A stretch of DNA of 63,656 nt, filler included, from Choristocarpus tenellus KU-1152 (Eukaryota > Protista > Phaeophyceae), in the NCBI GenBank assembly GCA_964200185.2. It is 11 parts of 11 records of this genome, joined end to end, with 100 filler letters (N's around TTAATTAATTAA, not from the genome) between each part and the next. Parts side by side here need not be neighbours in the genome. Positions count along the whole stretch, not along the records: positions 1 to 22,069 come from CAXNAD020000304.1; positions 22,170 to 25,469 come from CAXNAD020020935.1; 9 more parts are not named here. One strand, 5' to 3'. The first letter of the stretch is position 1. Each line of letters begins with the position of its first letter. The notes beneath the pieces were generated by a model, which worked only from the letters and a program-made list of their open reading frames with translations, had not been told where the DNA came from and did not search any database. The position numbers and the translations under genes were made by a program. Positions 13,101-25,469 of this stretch are shown in pieces.

Positions 13101-16100
13101 ATGGGCGCCCATGCGATGGGTATCGCCACCTGGGTCGTCAGCTGCCTAGCCTTTGCAACGCACGTGATAGCTCAGAGCCGAAGCCAGCAGTTATGTCCTG
13201 CACAGTCGACCGCAGTGTGTGAACCCGAAGATGAGGTAAGAGGTGATTTCGCCATTTTTTTTCGACGTTTCTGTGACACTCATAGGAAAAAGGTTAATTA
13301 CGAGGTGGAACAGAAGAGAAAGTACATCAAATACTAGAATCGCCCAATGTGCAAGTTGGTCGAGGTTGAAAGATTTCAGACAAATATGGGTGTCTTCTGC
13401 GTGCAGAGAAGCTTGTAGTGGGTTAGCCTTACAGGACTTGCTGATTGTCGTGCGTTCTGGTCTATGTCCACCTCTTTTCACACCTCGAAGCATCATTCCT
13501 CTAAACTATCAATTGTCTAGTCTAGACTCCTTTCACCAACTACCCTTGTCATTGCAGAGTGAGTGTGCCTTTGAATGACGATGATGTGATTCCGGCACTT
13601 GCACTTGGTTTGCGTTTCAAGTTGTGAGAAATTGTAGGGTCCATTCAGGAGTGGAAAGTCAGGGGAGTTTCAAAAGGGTTGAACTGTTCAGAGTTGTTGC
13701 CCACCATCCAAGAATATTGCAAGATCTCAAGTATGTAGTGTACTGTAGATTGTTACTAACAAATACGGGTGAGTATTTGGACTTGCCAGCTGGATATACC
13801 TACAAGTCACACTCAGCTTTGTTTACTAAAATCTAGAGTAGTTAGTAGCATTTCGGTTTCTTGCTGGGTTAGTCTCAGAACTCACATGTACGTGATATCT
13901 GAGCGAGATATCTGAGGAAGAACTTTCCCTTTGAGTATTTTAATTATCTCGCAAGAAATATTGAATAGAAGTGCCAGCACGTGGTATCCTCTATTTTGCC
14001 TGAAGTGTACCTGAATAATTTCAAAACTCTCGTAATATGATCCTCTATGGTACTAGAGGTACAATTTTTTTGTCCTCTCAATTGCAGTTTGGCTTTGAAT
14101 CAAGTCCTTGTTAGATTATTGAAATTTTGGTCTTCTGAGAAATCTCAGTTCTGAACATGACTCTTGTTGTTCCTGTGCTGATTGGAAAACTTGGTTCTCT
14201 CAAGAATCGCGTGTGCAATCTTAGGTCAGCCTGCCTTGAAGAATTTAGTGAGGCGAATTGGAGCTTGGAGGCCCTGTGGCCTGATACCAATGAAGAGACT
14301 CGCAAGGCCCGTACAAGATGCGAGAAGAGTCGGATAGCACTGAACAGGAATCAACCAGTTGCTGTCCCAAAGTTCACAGAGGTGTTATGTTACTGTAGTC
14401 GGGTGTTGAAAGTCGAACCCCTCTCTGTTGGTGTAACCCCTCCACAGGCATTGTGAAGCTTATCTTCTTTGCATTATCCTTGCATACACTTTCCAAGTGC
14501 TGTGGCGGTAATGTTCACTTCCTTCTATTCACCAAGGAGCCTTTGACAGGCCACGACCTGAATGTAGTACACATCCTTTTCACATAAAATGATAAGAGTG
14601 TATTGCCCTGGTAATCTTGAGGTATATCATTATGTGGGTGCAGTTGTAGTTCCACACTAAAAAAAATTTCGTTGGCATTTATTGTCTTTGTGTCTGTGGG
14701 TGCTTTCTGGTGCTAGGTACGTTGTGAGGCAGGTATATCAGCGCTTTGATATTGTGCAAATCCGACAGACTTCTCTCATTCCACCTCATATGACCACTAC
14801 CTAATCTTTCTCCACAGTCTCCAATTCTGCTCACACACTGGTGCTGTTGTGTTTTTTTTAGTATGTATAGTGTGCTACGAGAGTGCCTTCTAATAGCAAT
14901 AATGTGAAACTTATATTGTTCAACCAGACTCTTAAATCTCTTGTTTGGTGTGACACTGGTGTGGTCCTCTTTTTGCACAACACTTCTACCGTAGACCACT
15001 GTCGTAACCTTAATACTCTATTGACAGGACTTGTTATCATGTTTCTGTTGAGAATATTTCCATCGCATGTTATAGTAAGTTCAACTAAATTCCAGTCCAT
15101 TACTTTTTTAGAGTCAATCTCTCTACCAAAGTGTGTGGAAGATGCTGTTTCAAATGCTTGAGAATTTCTCTCTTTTTATATATTGTTCTATGTATCAGTG
15201 TAACCATTTGCTTCAGTGTATTTGAAAGAGGGGCTTTCCATAATAAAGCAGACTCAAAAGTAGGTTTTTATGGAATTACAGGTGTACTCAAAACACCCTC
15301 TAGGGATTTGTCTAATGATCCATAGGTGATTGTGATCCACAGTAGGGCCCTAACACATGAACATACCCTACGAGTCAACCATCTCACCCACAGGACACAC
15401 CACAGGACACTCTCCTAGCTCCCCTTTCAATAACCTCAGGCATGTGTCTACTAAACCCTATAAGTGGTCCCCCACCCCGGCAATGTGCCACAAAGGTGGG
15501 ATATTTGAAGTCACGTGTCCCAGAGGAGACCTTTGCAGCGATCAGGGACTGGCATTCACAAAACGTAGGCACTGAGAAGGTGGAGAAGTGGCTTGATGAT
15601 AACACATACGTGAACCATTGGAAAGTCCCGACTTACATGATAAGGGTGCCCCATTGGCTAAAGGAGGTGTGTTACATATTGTGTATATGTAGTATGTTGT
15701 TAAGTGTTCGCTCTTTTTTTCTGTTTCAGTGTCTGTGGGCATTTGATTTCAGACTACTCAATAAATTCATCCTTGTTAATGTTCTCACTTGTAGATGGCA
15801 GTCATATTGCACTTCCTGACAATAATGTACATCCTGTGACAAATTTGCCAGAGTTGTGAAGATTTTAGATTTGGTTCCATGCCTTAAGCCTTAGACATGT
15901 GCTCATGGATTTTGGTGTGTTGCACAGGTGTCCTCTGTATTGAGACTCTCTGATGCTCTTCATTGCAAGAAAGGTCTGCTCCAAAACATACTTTTCACAA
16001 GGTCTCCCATGAACTATCATATCCCTAATGGTTGCTGCAAGTTTGTCTTCTCATCACTTTTTTTACTTTTGATCAAAAGCCATGCAGGTCAAGAAAAATG

Positions 16101-17991
16101 TAACACTGAGGGCATTCAAAATTAGAAGTAAGGACTATCTTGAGTCTCACAAAAAATATTTCCGCACCTACGTATTCAATCTATCCTACCTACATTCCAT
16201 ATGACTCTACCTAGACCTGACCATGGTTTGGATTGATACTAGGCCGTTTGCAAGTAAAGATTTTCTGAGGACTTGGGGGATTTTCTTGTTTCGCCTCTTA
16301 ATTAAGACATGAACCCTTCACCCCATGAAGCAAGTGCAAATAGACATGCAGATGCTTATGGAAGAGTGGGCAGGGGTGACTCTCAAACCCACCTCATTAT
16401 ATGGTGTCCGTCACTACCACCGTGGTGCTGTTCTTGCTGCACATGTGGACAGGGTGGAGACGCATGTGATCTCTGCTATAATCAATGTTGCCCAGGTGCT
16501 GGCTGATATGCTGCTCTTTGTTTGTTGTGGATGCTGTTTTGCAGTCACTTAATGGTCAAAGAAAGCAGGATGCAAAATTGATATTTAGCTAAGGTTCAGG
16601 TTGTTGAGTGAGTGAGGGCTTCGAAGAAAGATTTTCCAATAGTGTGATAATTCAGGTGAGGATTGGGTTGCCAACCAAGTGGGCTTGAAGAGGTTGTGTT
16701 GTGAATAGCTGCGATCTCAACAGGCGGTGGATGGAGATGTTTTTTTTCCAGGTGAGTTAATTGCATTCCTAGTATAGGTTGGAGGAGTACTTTACCCTTG
16801 TTACATATAGCTTCCTCCCGATCTCAATAACCATACACTCTTGTGAAGGGATTTGGTAGGAATAAGTGATTTATGTATGTTGTGTTGATAGGTTAAACAT
16901 CTTGATTCTTGGTTTTTGTAGAGAATAATCACAATTCAACACAGAAAACATGATGACACTTCACTTACCACCCTACTTCACACTTCCAGGCTGTTTCCCC
17001 TCCCTTGCACAATACTTGTTCCATTGCCCCATCCCCCCTCTTACCTCCAGTCCTCAACTACTCCATCTTTCTCTGTTCACTGCTCACCTATTCATGCTCC
17101 TTACATTGGCAAAGCTTTGAAGATCCCGTTAACACTCCTCTTCCTTCTCTCAGGATGTGGACAACAGATGGCCACTCTTTGTGCGTGGTCATGATGGGGT
17201 TGACCAAGAAATTTTCATTGAGGTGACAGAGTTATTCCAATATCTTAGGTCAGAGTATTGTTGTGGAATGTGCCGGGATTACAGTCATGCACATACTGAA
17301 AGACTCCATGTAGTACCTGTGTACTTCCATGCACTGAGTAGTGGTTGGAAGTGTAGAGATACGCAAAAATGTGTTGAAGAACGCACCCGTTGACATCTCC
17401 TTAGTTTAGGGTTCCTTCTCACCACATAAGAAAGTTTTCGCCTTATCCTTGTCCTTCCTTTGGGTAGCAAGAACACCTAAACTTCTCTATTCATGAATTT
17501 GATCAGATTTGCATTAAGACCTTATCTGCTATGCTTGAGCCCAGGCACTGCTACTACAATAACTGAGGACCCTTCCAATTGCCCCTCTGATTCCACTACT
17601 CTTACACTAGAGAGATGTCTATAGTGTAGACTGGTTGGTAATGGGCCCTTCATCCCTTCATGGTACAATGTACTACGTGCCAAATTGTGCCCAGATTTGG
17701 ACAAGACTTGGTGTGCCCTCGTAACACATTTGGTGAAGCTCTAGAGTACCTCAGTTCCATTGTTGGCATCTAGCTGTTGTGCGTGTTGTGTACACGATGC
17801 AAATTTGAGTTTATTTCCCCCTTACACACCTGTCTTTTTTTCAGCCGGGAGATATGATCCTGTATGAGAGTGCAAGCGTGATTCATGGAAGGCCCACACC
17901 GTTCAATGGAGAATTCTTCGCCAATCTGTTTCTGCACTATGCACCCACCGAGGGTTGGAATATCCGAGGCTCTGACATCTCACGGAATTAG
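13101..17991 (+). CDS. Secreted 2OG-Fe(II) oxygenase-superfamily protein, 6 exons, ~287 aa
   Basis: Exons 13101-13235, 14205-14381, 15496-15666, 16331-16495, 17154-17222, 17845-17991 (TAG); all phase 0, GT-AG. Hydrophobic N-terminus (IATWVVSCLAFATHVIA) looks like a signal peptide. Motifs LKPTSLYGVRHY..GAVLAAHVDRVETHVISAIINVAQDVD..WPL and PGDMILYESASVIHGRP give an HxD...H facial triad in a DSBH fold. The exon 2 acceptor is uncertain. Confidence 0.88.
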
Positions 17992-20336
17992 ATCCAACGT
18001 TGCGTTGGTCGCCAGTGTGGAAGAGGAGCTACCAGGAATGTCCTCGTGTGGCTCAGTGGTTAAGGTGGCAACACTTTAGTTTCATGAGAGTAGTGCAGTG
18101 TGTAGTGCCTTTGACCACAGGTCGTTATAGTCCCCCAGACTAAAGTGTGACAAATCGTAATTATAATAGGTGTATTCACAACATGCCGTAATATCCAGGG
18201 CTCTTGACATCCTCCAGATTTAGATGTAACAATGCATCAACCAGCAACTTATGTGCTACAGGAGGAACTGTACAGACAGCTATATTTGTACTTGGGTTAG
18301 GTCTGTTGTGTGTGCCTTCGTGACAAAATACATAGGTTGCCACAATCAGTTACAAATTGAAAGGGGGCAACACCTTTTATGTACTGGATTTTGTTTGTGG
18401 CACACCTCAATGTGCAACAGCATACCAGAGGAAGTCCTGTCTATTTTGAAATTTGTCCTTTTTCCCTCAATGGCTGCCCATGCAAGAAGACATTATGACT
18501 GTTCTTGGACTGTTGATCAAGTTCACGAGTATGTAGCAGAAAGTTGGAACTTGTTCTAATTCATTGCCGTTGTTTAACAAGAGTGGATCTGAATATAGCA
18601 CCATACTTTGTTGCCTGATACACCAAGAGGTGCATGTGTTGTTCAAGTGTATCATGTGTGAGAGTGTCTAACAGCAATATGAATAGTTACTTCACCTGGT
18701 TAGAGAATCCCTTAACATCTAAATGTAACCAAGGGAGAAAAGAACAGCTCACCAACATATCTTGGGTTTTCCTGTGCCATATTGTTCTCCAATCACAGAA
18801 GGTAACAGCCTACCCGCTTCCATATGGCGCTTGTATGTTCTCATTGGCACACTTATTTTTCCTTCCCATAATCACACCCCACTTGTATGGTGGCTTTCGT
18901 AGGTGCTTGAATGATAGAACAATTCAGATAGTGGGTCATAAATGTAGTAGTACAAGTCGCTTGTTTGATCCATGAAGGGGGTAACATTTTCCCAATGTGA
19001 TTCTCTAATGTTCCTATCATAAAGTCCTGTGCCATCACACTAATTGTCAGAAGAATACCCACTGTAGAGCTGAAGAGGGATCTTGTCCATACTCACCCAA
19101 AGCTTTCTTATTTACATACAATGGAAAGAGGGACCTTCATTCGCATGCAGTAGTTTAGAGTAGGAACAATAATCTGTAAATTTATCATCACATTTTGGAC
19201 AGAGTGCTAGGTACGAATGCTCACTTTTAGGATCAATTCTAAAAACAAGTAGACTATAGTGTTCTCCAATAGACAATAGTAAGGAATTAAATCTGTCACT
19301 ATATGCACCATTCAGGCCACAATATTAGGAAGAAGCAGGGCGGACGCTCGTTTTCTAGGTACTGGAAGACACACATTTTAGTGTGTGTATCAATCTGGCA
19401 CACTCGCTAACAATTCTCGAAAGCATGTTTTAGATAAATTAAAAGCGACAGTGCTAGGTGGGTACTCGTGCTTTTTTTTGTAACTTCCGAAATTTCTGAC
19501 CGATGAAGCCGTGTTGATAACATAGGTCTCCATACATCGTACCAAGTCGTGTTCACCTTTCAGGTTGTTTAAGCCATCACGGAAGGCATTTCCGTTTTAA
19601 ACTGCGCTGGGGTTGCGCTTGACGGATTTTGGCATTGGCATGTGCTACAGACTCTACCCTTCAGGAAGAACCCGATGGTGTCCAAACCCACAATCCAATT
19701 TGTCCTGTGAGTGGATGTCATTTTACCAAATATGCCCATTGTTACGGTTGGTCGTAGTTTTTTTTAGCAAGTGCACCCTTCATCACTCTTGTTCATAATT
19801 GTGTCAATAGATGCAAAGCCTTGACCAATTATATGGCTTGGTATATTTTTGCAGTTCGGTACACTATTCTTGTTTTTAGTGACACAGAACCAGCTATTCC
19901 TAATATGTTTAGTTCAATGTGTGGGACAGAGACAACAAGACAGGAAAACACTACTAGCTTCGATGTTGATGAGTTCAGGGACTATGTTGTTGACTCTGAT
20001 GAACCTGGACACCGCAGAGCTGTACAAAAATCATAGACGAATTCTTAGTTTAAACTGTACAGTGGTGATAGATACATGTGTCTTTATCATTATCCAGAGA
20101 AGAAGAGAAATTGACAGGAAGAAAGGAGGACCAGCCTTGGAGTAGAATGTAGTTACAATTATATGTTCTCATCGGACTGAGGTGCATGCGAAACTTGGTG
20201 AGCGAGGACTGCACTCTCCGAAACATGAGCCAAGTTGCAGTGAAGAGCGGGAGGTTCGCAAAAGTTGGAACTGTAGAAAAAGAAATACTGTGAGCGATTG
20301 CAGTTCTAGATGAACATGCTCAGTGGCGCATGCATT

Positions 20337-20486
20337 GGCTCAAAGTATCTGGGGGTGGGAACGGGTCTACAGCAGGGTGTCCATTCGGGCCTTTACCAGG
20401 AGAAGGGCACTTACATTATCCATCCGACACATGCAACCGAATTCACCCAAAAATCGCGACATGGAAAATGGGTCCCAAATGGACAG
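20337..20486 (+). mobile_element. MITE copy (GGCTC-AAAGTATCT family), right end truncated
   Basis: ggctcaaagtatctggggg...gtgtccatt...aaaatcgcgacatg...caaatggacag is colinear with the complete copy at 47743-47919. Confidence 0.75.
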
Positions 20487-21936
20487 ACCTGTGAAGAATA
20501 TGCTTTTTATTCATGTAAAAAAGTAGATTATGTAAGAAACGATCTGATGATGGAAGAGAAAATGTTTGTATTCTGAAGAATATAATATAGGTATGGGTTG
20601 ATGAACTAGAATATGGAAGAGTTTAGGAGGTGAAGTAAACTGTGATTACTGATTAGTGACCCAGAGAATAGGATTGATTTGGAGGGGCACCTTCCTTGCT
20701 TGGCCTTGAAGCCTTCTCCTTATTTCTCCTTCCTTAACCTACAACCTGTCAAACTCATTTAGGAAGTTATCGAAAGTCATTCATGTCAAGATTATGCTCG
20801 ACCATTTGTGAGAATATGATTTGAAGTATTAATTTTATGTACGCACAGAAGATAATGCGGGACATTCGGGATATTTAGGCGGGGTATTTGATCAGAAGTA
20901 ATCGGCGGACTATTAGAGTCGGAGTGTTTCTGACGTGTACTAGAGATACGTTGAGTCATTTGGTATTCTGAGTCATTAAGTGTAAGGACTGGTGAGCCCC
21001 ACCTAGTGAAGGTATCTCACTCTCTTCTTAACTGTGGTACAAGTTAATAAACAATAATATAACTAGTTGTGTGGGACAACAGATCGCCAAGGACAGCTTA
21101 ACATTCTAACCTAGCTTAGCCCTACAAAAGTGGGCACGGATTTCATTCGAAGTATCACGCTTGTAAGGGATGGATGAGTTATCAGAATCGCATAGGAGGC
21201 AAACATGTCACACATACCCTGGAGGCACCTGCCAGGAAACAAGAGGAAATACGACGGTAATATTATATTGTAGAGAGGTCCTAGTAAACCAAATTCAGGA
21301 ACGAGAACCAGTCCCAAGAAAAGCAAATTGAGAAAAACAAAAAAAAAGCTGCAGGAAGAACTTTGTATCGTACATACTCAGTAATCCGAAAGGCAAACGA
21401 CAATAAATCGAGCTGACGATTGCAATACCTTTCGGCTCACTTGAACCTCCAGGCTATATCTCAGTATGGGATACCTTGTACTTCGAGAACTGATGAATCT
21501 CTGGTCTTTTGGTCTTGCATCATGAGGGTCGTTCGGGGCTTTCTGTGATGAGCAACTTTGTCGGCAGGAGATTTGCTCAGTGTTTTACTTGTCTGAGGAA
21601 CAGCTGCACACATTGTCCACTTTGCACTTGCCGTTGGCAACCTTCACAATGGTGCATGTATGGCACATACAGTGCATTGGGTTTTACCACCACTCACATA
21701 ATAGCGGCTGGACAGCAGTTGCACAGCACAAACACTAGAATAGTCGTGCAGACAGTAGTATAATTGGAATACATCTGAGAACCGTTGCAACCTTCCCAAG
21801 TTACAGATTTCACTTTGCAGCTTTTAGCAAATCGGAGTTCCCCCTTTTGGGGTTCCACAAGTGTGTATACTGTTCGCGCTGGTTAAATCGCGGGAAGAAA
21901 TACTAACGCTATTCGCCATAACAGTATCACAACACA

Positions 21937-22225
21937 GAGTGAAAATATCTTAAAGGGTATGAGTTTTGCCTTGTTTGTCCGTTTGGGGCTTGGCTTCCCA
22001 CGGGAGTTTTATGTTAAAGTATCCCCAAAATCATCAAAGAGGATAAAGGTGATAAACCCGGCGAGATTGNNNNNNNNNNNNNNNNNNNNNNNNNNNNNNN
22101 NNNNNNNNNNNNNTTAATTAATTAANNNNNNNNNNNNNNNNNNNNNNNNNNNNNNNNNNNNNNNNNNNNCAAGCCCCAAATGGACAAACAGGGCAAAACT
22201 CGTACCCTCTAAGATACTTTCACTC
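21937..22225. mobile_element. MITE ends (GAGTG-AAAGTATCT family), ~56-bp inverted repeats on either side of an assembly spacer
   Basis: gagtgaaaatatcttaaagggtatgagttttgccttgtttgtccgtttggggcttg (21937-) is the inverted complement of caagccccaaatggacaaacagggcaaaactcgtaccctctaagatactttcactc (22170-22225). Flanks are aca/ata. The two ends may belong to different copies. Confidence 0.75.
22070..22169. other. Artificial contig spacer N44-TTAATTAATTAA-N44 (first of ten)
   Basis: Identical 100-nt spacers with six-frame stops at 22070, 25470, 28645, 31759, 35916, 39621, 47031, 49834, 53136 and 60975; 10-N gaps at 37574 and 62946. Confidence 0.97.
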
Positions 22226-22314
22226 ATAGCAGAATAGGACTAGTACACTCCTCTTATTAACCTACATGTGACCAACCACCATCCCTATCGGTGCATGTTC
22301 GATTATGCTGTTAG

Positions 22315-23497
22315 GTCCACCGTACCAACCAGTTCAATTCAATGTGAATCTATTCCTGAGCTCATGCCGTCTATGGAGGAGGAGGTGTTGGATTGTATGA
22401 AAGAGGAGGTGGGTAGAGAAGATGTAGGCACTCAAGTTAGGCTCCCTGCCAATCCAGTTGCTTCTGCTCGTGCTGCAGTGGCCATTGCAGCAATGGCACA
22501 AGGTGTCTCCCCCCCTATCCTTCCACGGGAATTGGCCATGCTTGATCGAGTGAGCTGGGTGCTAGGAATGGTTTCTATAAGGGAAATTGCCAAGAGGACC
22601 CTTGTTGGTGCCACAATCCCACTTAATGGAGAAGGTAATATTACTGTGCGAAAGGGGCACTCTTCCAAGGAGGGAGCCAATACAAATATTGTCGTTGAAG
22701 GCAACAGGGGTGAGGTGGAGGAGGAAGCTGGGCCCTCAGGAAGAACAGAAATACAAGGCATGGCAGGAGGGGTGGAAGGCATGGAAGGGGTGGACATGCA
22801 GGGTGGCAATGGTGAGACAGGGAAAACGTCAAAGATAGAGGGAAGAGAGGATGCCGTCGGCAGTCCAGAGGTGGAAGAACTCCTACGATTGGCAGCCTTA
22901 TTTGAGTTCCTCCGATCTGGGGACTCGGACATCCTCCCTGCAGATCTCCTTCTGGAGTGGGATGCCAGGCCGGACATGGGACTGGGCCTCACATCGCTGA
23001 GGTCGACAGGTGAGGGGGATGCAGAGCCAAGGCAACCACAGACAGCTGATGGGCATGAGGGAGAAATAGAGGCAGAGCATCAAGTTGAGGTAGGAGATGA
23101 GGTAGGTGAAATGTTGGGTCGAGTGAGGGACAAGAGGAGAACATCAATGGCATGGAATGAACTTTCCCGAGGAAACAAGCAGGCAGGGGGGGCGCAAATG
23201 ACATGGCACGACCTGAGGCTTGCATTGACTGCACGAGCACCGCTGAATCGGCTATCAGAAACCACAAGGGAGCGATTGGAGAGGCGGATGGTGGAGTTCC
23301 AGGAGAGGTCAGAAAGAATAGTCAAGGAGAGGATATTAGCAGTTGGTGGGCGGTCGATACTGACAAATCCTAGTATTGGGCGACCTCATACAACTGGGGG
23401 TGACAATGTAAACAGGAGCTGGTTAATAGATGTAGCAGGGCAAAGGTTGAAAGAGCTAAAGGCTGAATTGATGGGAGATCTCAACAATGAGGAGTAG
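22315..23497 (+). CDS. Large, probably terminal, exon of an uncharacterised protein (~394 aa, G/E-rich low complexity with helical segments)
   Basis: By far the longest ORF in the window (22268-23497), purine-rich and coding-like. A plausible acceptor tatgctgttag| lies at 22314 and the stop is TAG at 23495-23497. No domain recognised; upstream exons are not in this contig. Confidence 0.7.
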
Positions 23498-23904
23498 GGT
23501 ATGAGGAGCGAGAAATGAGGAAGGTATGAGTATGGATGCAGATGTCAATTGAGGAAGATGACATTAAAGTTGAGGGAGGAAGGTGGTGATTATCCATTGT
23601 GTCAGGCCAGGGAAATGATTGCGGTGAGTGGTCATCCTTTCACATGCCTGGATTCTGTTGGAAATTGTATTGTGTGTGTTGCACAGTATATTGCACAGTG
23701 TGTTGCACAACAAACTAGACTTCTGTCCCTAATATAGTTGCATGGAATCAAAGCAGTTAAATCTTCCCCACTTGTTTGTTGTTTTCCTCCTTAACACGGT
23801 ACATTTATGTATACGCTGTGTATGCTTAGTACTTTGCAGTAGCTCTTTGCCGCTGCTGTGTAGGGTATTAATATTTTGAGTAACAAGTAACAAATTATGG
23901 AGCT

Positions 23905-24070
23905 CTGTGTGTGTACAAAGTATATGGCATGTTCTTGGGAGTATTTAACCAGGATCATTGATGTGAAGTGTGTGTGCCTGTGTGTGTGCCTGTGTGTGTG
24001 CCTGTGTGTGTGCCTGTGTGTGTATAAAGTGTATGGCATGTTCTGGAAGTATTTAATTAGGATCATTGAT
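23905..24070. repeat. (CTGTGTGTGTGC)n minisatellite within a local ~50-bp duplication
   Basis: 12-bp unit repeated about 4 times at 23969-24022; aaagt(a/g)tatggcatgttct..gtatttaa..aggatcattgatg occurs on both sides. Confidence 0.8.
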
Positions 24071-25265
24071 GCGAATGATGCCATGGCTATCATTCATTTC
24101 TAGCAATTGCCAAGGGGAGCAAAGGTTTTAGATATGCACGGACCCTTTCTTGGGGGGTGGAAAGGAGCAACATTTGTCTTTTCCCATCCACTTTCTTGAT
24201 ACACAATTATCGGGACTCCCAAAAGAAAATGCTGTGGGTAGCTGTGAGTAGGTACCTGGGTAACTGGGATACCTAGATACCTGGGTGGTGTCGTTATTGC
24301 ACCCAAAATAGTATGAAGGCAAGCTGCGTGATCTAATCATTTTTCCATAATAGAACTGTTTTTGTTATTTACGATCTCTTCACGTAACGACTGAGATTTA
24401 ATAGATACAAAGAGGTGCAGCATGACTATTCGCTGCTAGTGGTAGAAGGGAAGGGGGTCAGTATGAAGATAGTTACAAACATCCACCACTTTTCGTCTAG
24501 CGATAGCTACTACGTGTAATATATTTGTTGTTGCAACTAGCCATGATGAAAAATAGGGTATACCTTTTGTTTTCTCTGCTTGTTCGTAACATGTAGTGGC
24601 CATTGCTATTCTTCTTATTTTCATTGTTTAAGCATTAAATTCATTGCTCATGCTATTTTACAACTAAGCAAGAACAAAGGGAAGAGGGAGGCATTGGACT
24701 ATGCATGCACATAAACCTCATCATTCTGGCAAATGACTACATTCTTCTATCCAAGGTCCTGAAAAATGTCGAGGAAGGGATGTAATGCACACACAGCCGA
24801 CACCATGCCAAAATGACCGTGCCTTCTTTGGGTCAGCTCCTCAACAGCGAGAATTTCTATAAGCAACAGAAAATAATACCTCAGAGAATAGAACGCTTTT
24901 CAAATTCCAATTTTCTAGTAATTCCACTCATGGAGCAATACTTCACAGGTTTTGTTGGTGTTATATTCCAAGTGTTTCAATAAATAGTGACCAATGATAA
25001 CTTGTTGATTCGACAATTATTTAATCTTTCTGACCTTGTACAGTATGTACCATGCACATATACTCATGATCCCTCCTGAAAGAGCTCTTTTCTGGTACTT
25101 TATTTTACAGTTGTATAAGCACAGTGTAGACGGACCGCAAAGTTCCTCCCAATAATCAAATGCACGCAAGTAGTAGGGCCTTTATTTGTCGATCTCACAA
25201 CCAAATAAACACATAAACAACAGAGGAATAGAGTGTTCTTCAAAGTAAGAAGTGTCACTCGAAGC

Positions 25266-25469
25266 AATTCAAAGTATCTTAGAGAGTAGAGTTGCGTCCG
25301 TTTGGGGCCCAAAACCCAATGTTTCGATTTTGACTTAATTTTGACTATCGTATGTGTTAGGAATTGTCGATATCCTTGTTCTGGACACACCTTTTCATAA
25401 AGTGTACATTTTACCTACTGGGTCAAAATATCTGGGGGGGTGGGGGTGGGGGGGGGTATCGGCGTCGTC
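25266..25469. mobile_element. Nested MITE fragments: a GAG-type copy (reverse orientation) interrupted at 25420 by a GGGTC-AAAATATCTGGGG terminus
   Basis: aaagtatcttagagag...gtccgtttggggccc...ttgttctggacacac matches the reverse complement of the right half of 32685-32945, then switches abruptly to gggtcaaaatatctggggggg. Confidence 0.65.

Noticed and set aside
18045-18120. tRNA A-box-like TGGCTCAGTGGTTAAGG (similar at 13021-13036)
   Set aside because: No B-box/T-arm or cloverleaf follows, so neither a tRNA nor a SINE can be supported.
22432-23325. Antisense ORFs (186 aa and shorter) inside the 409-aa ORF
   Set aside because: Ser/Pro-rich shadow frames of the G/E-rich plus-strand exon.
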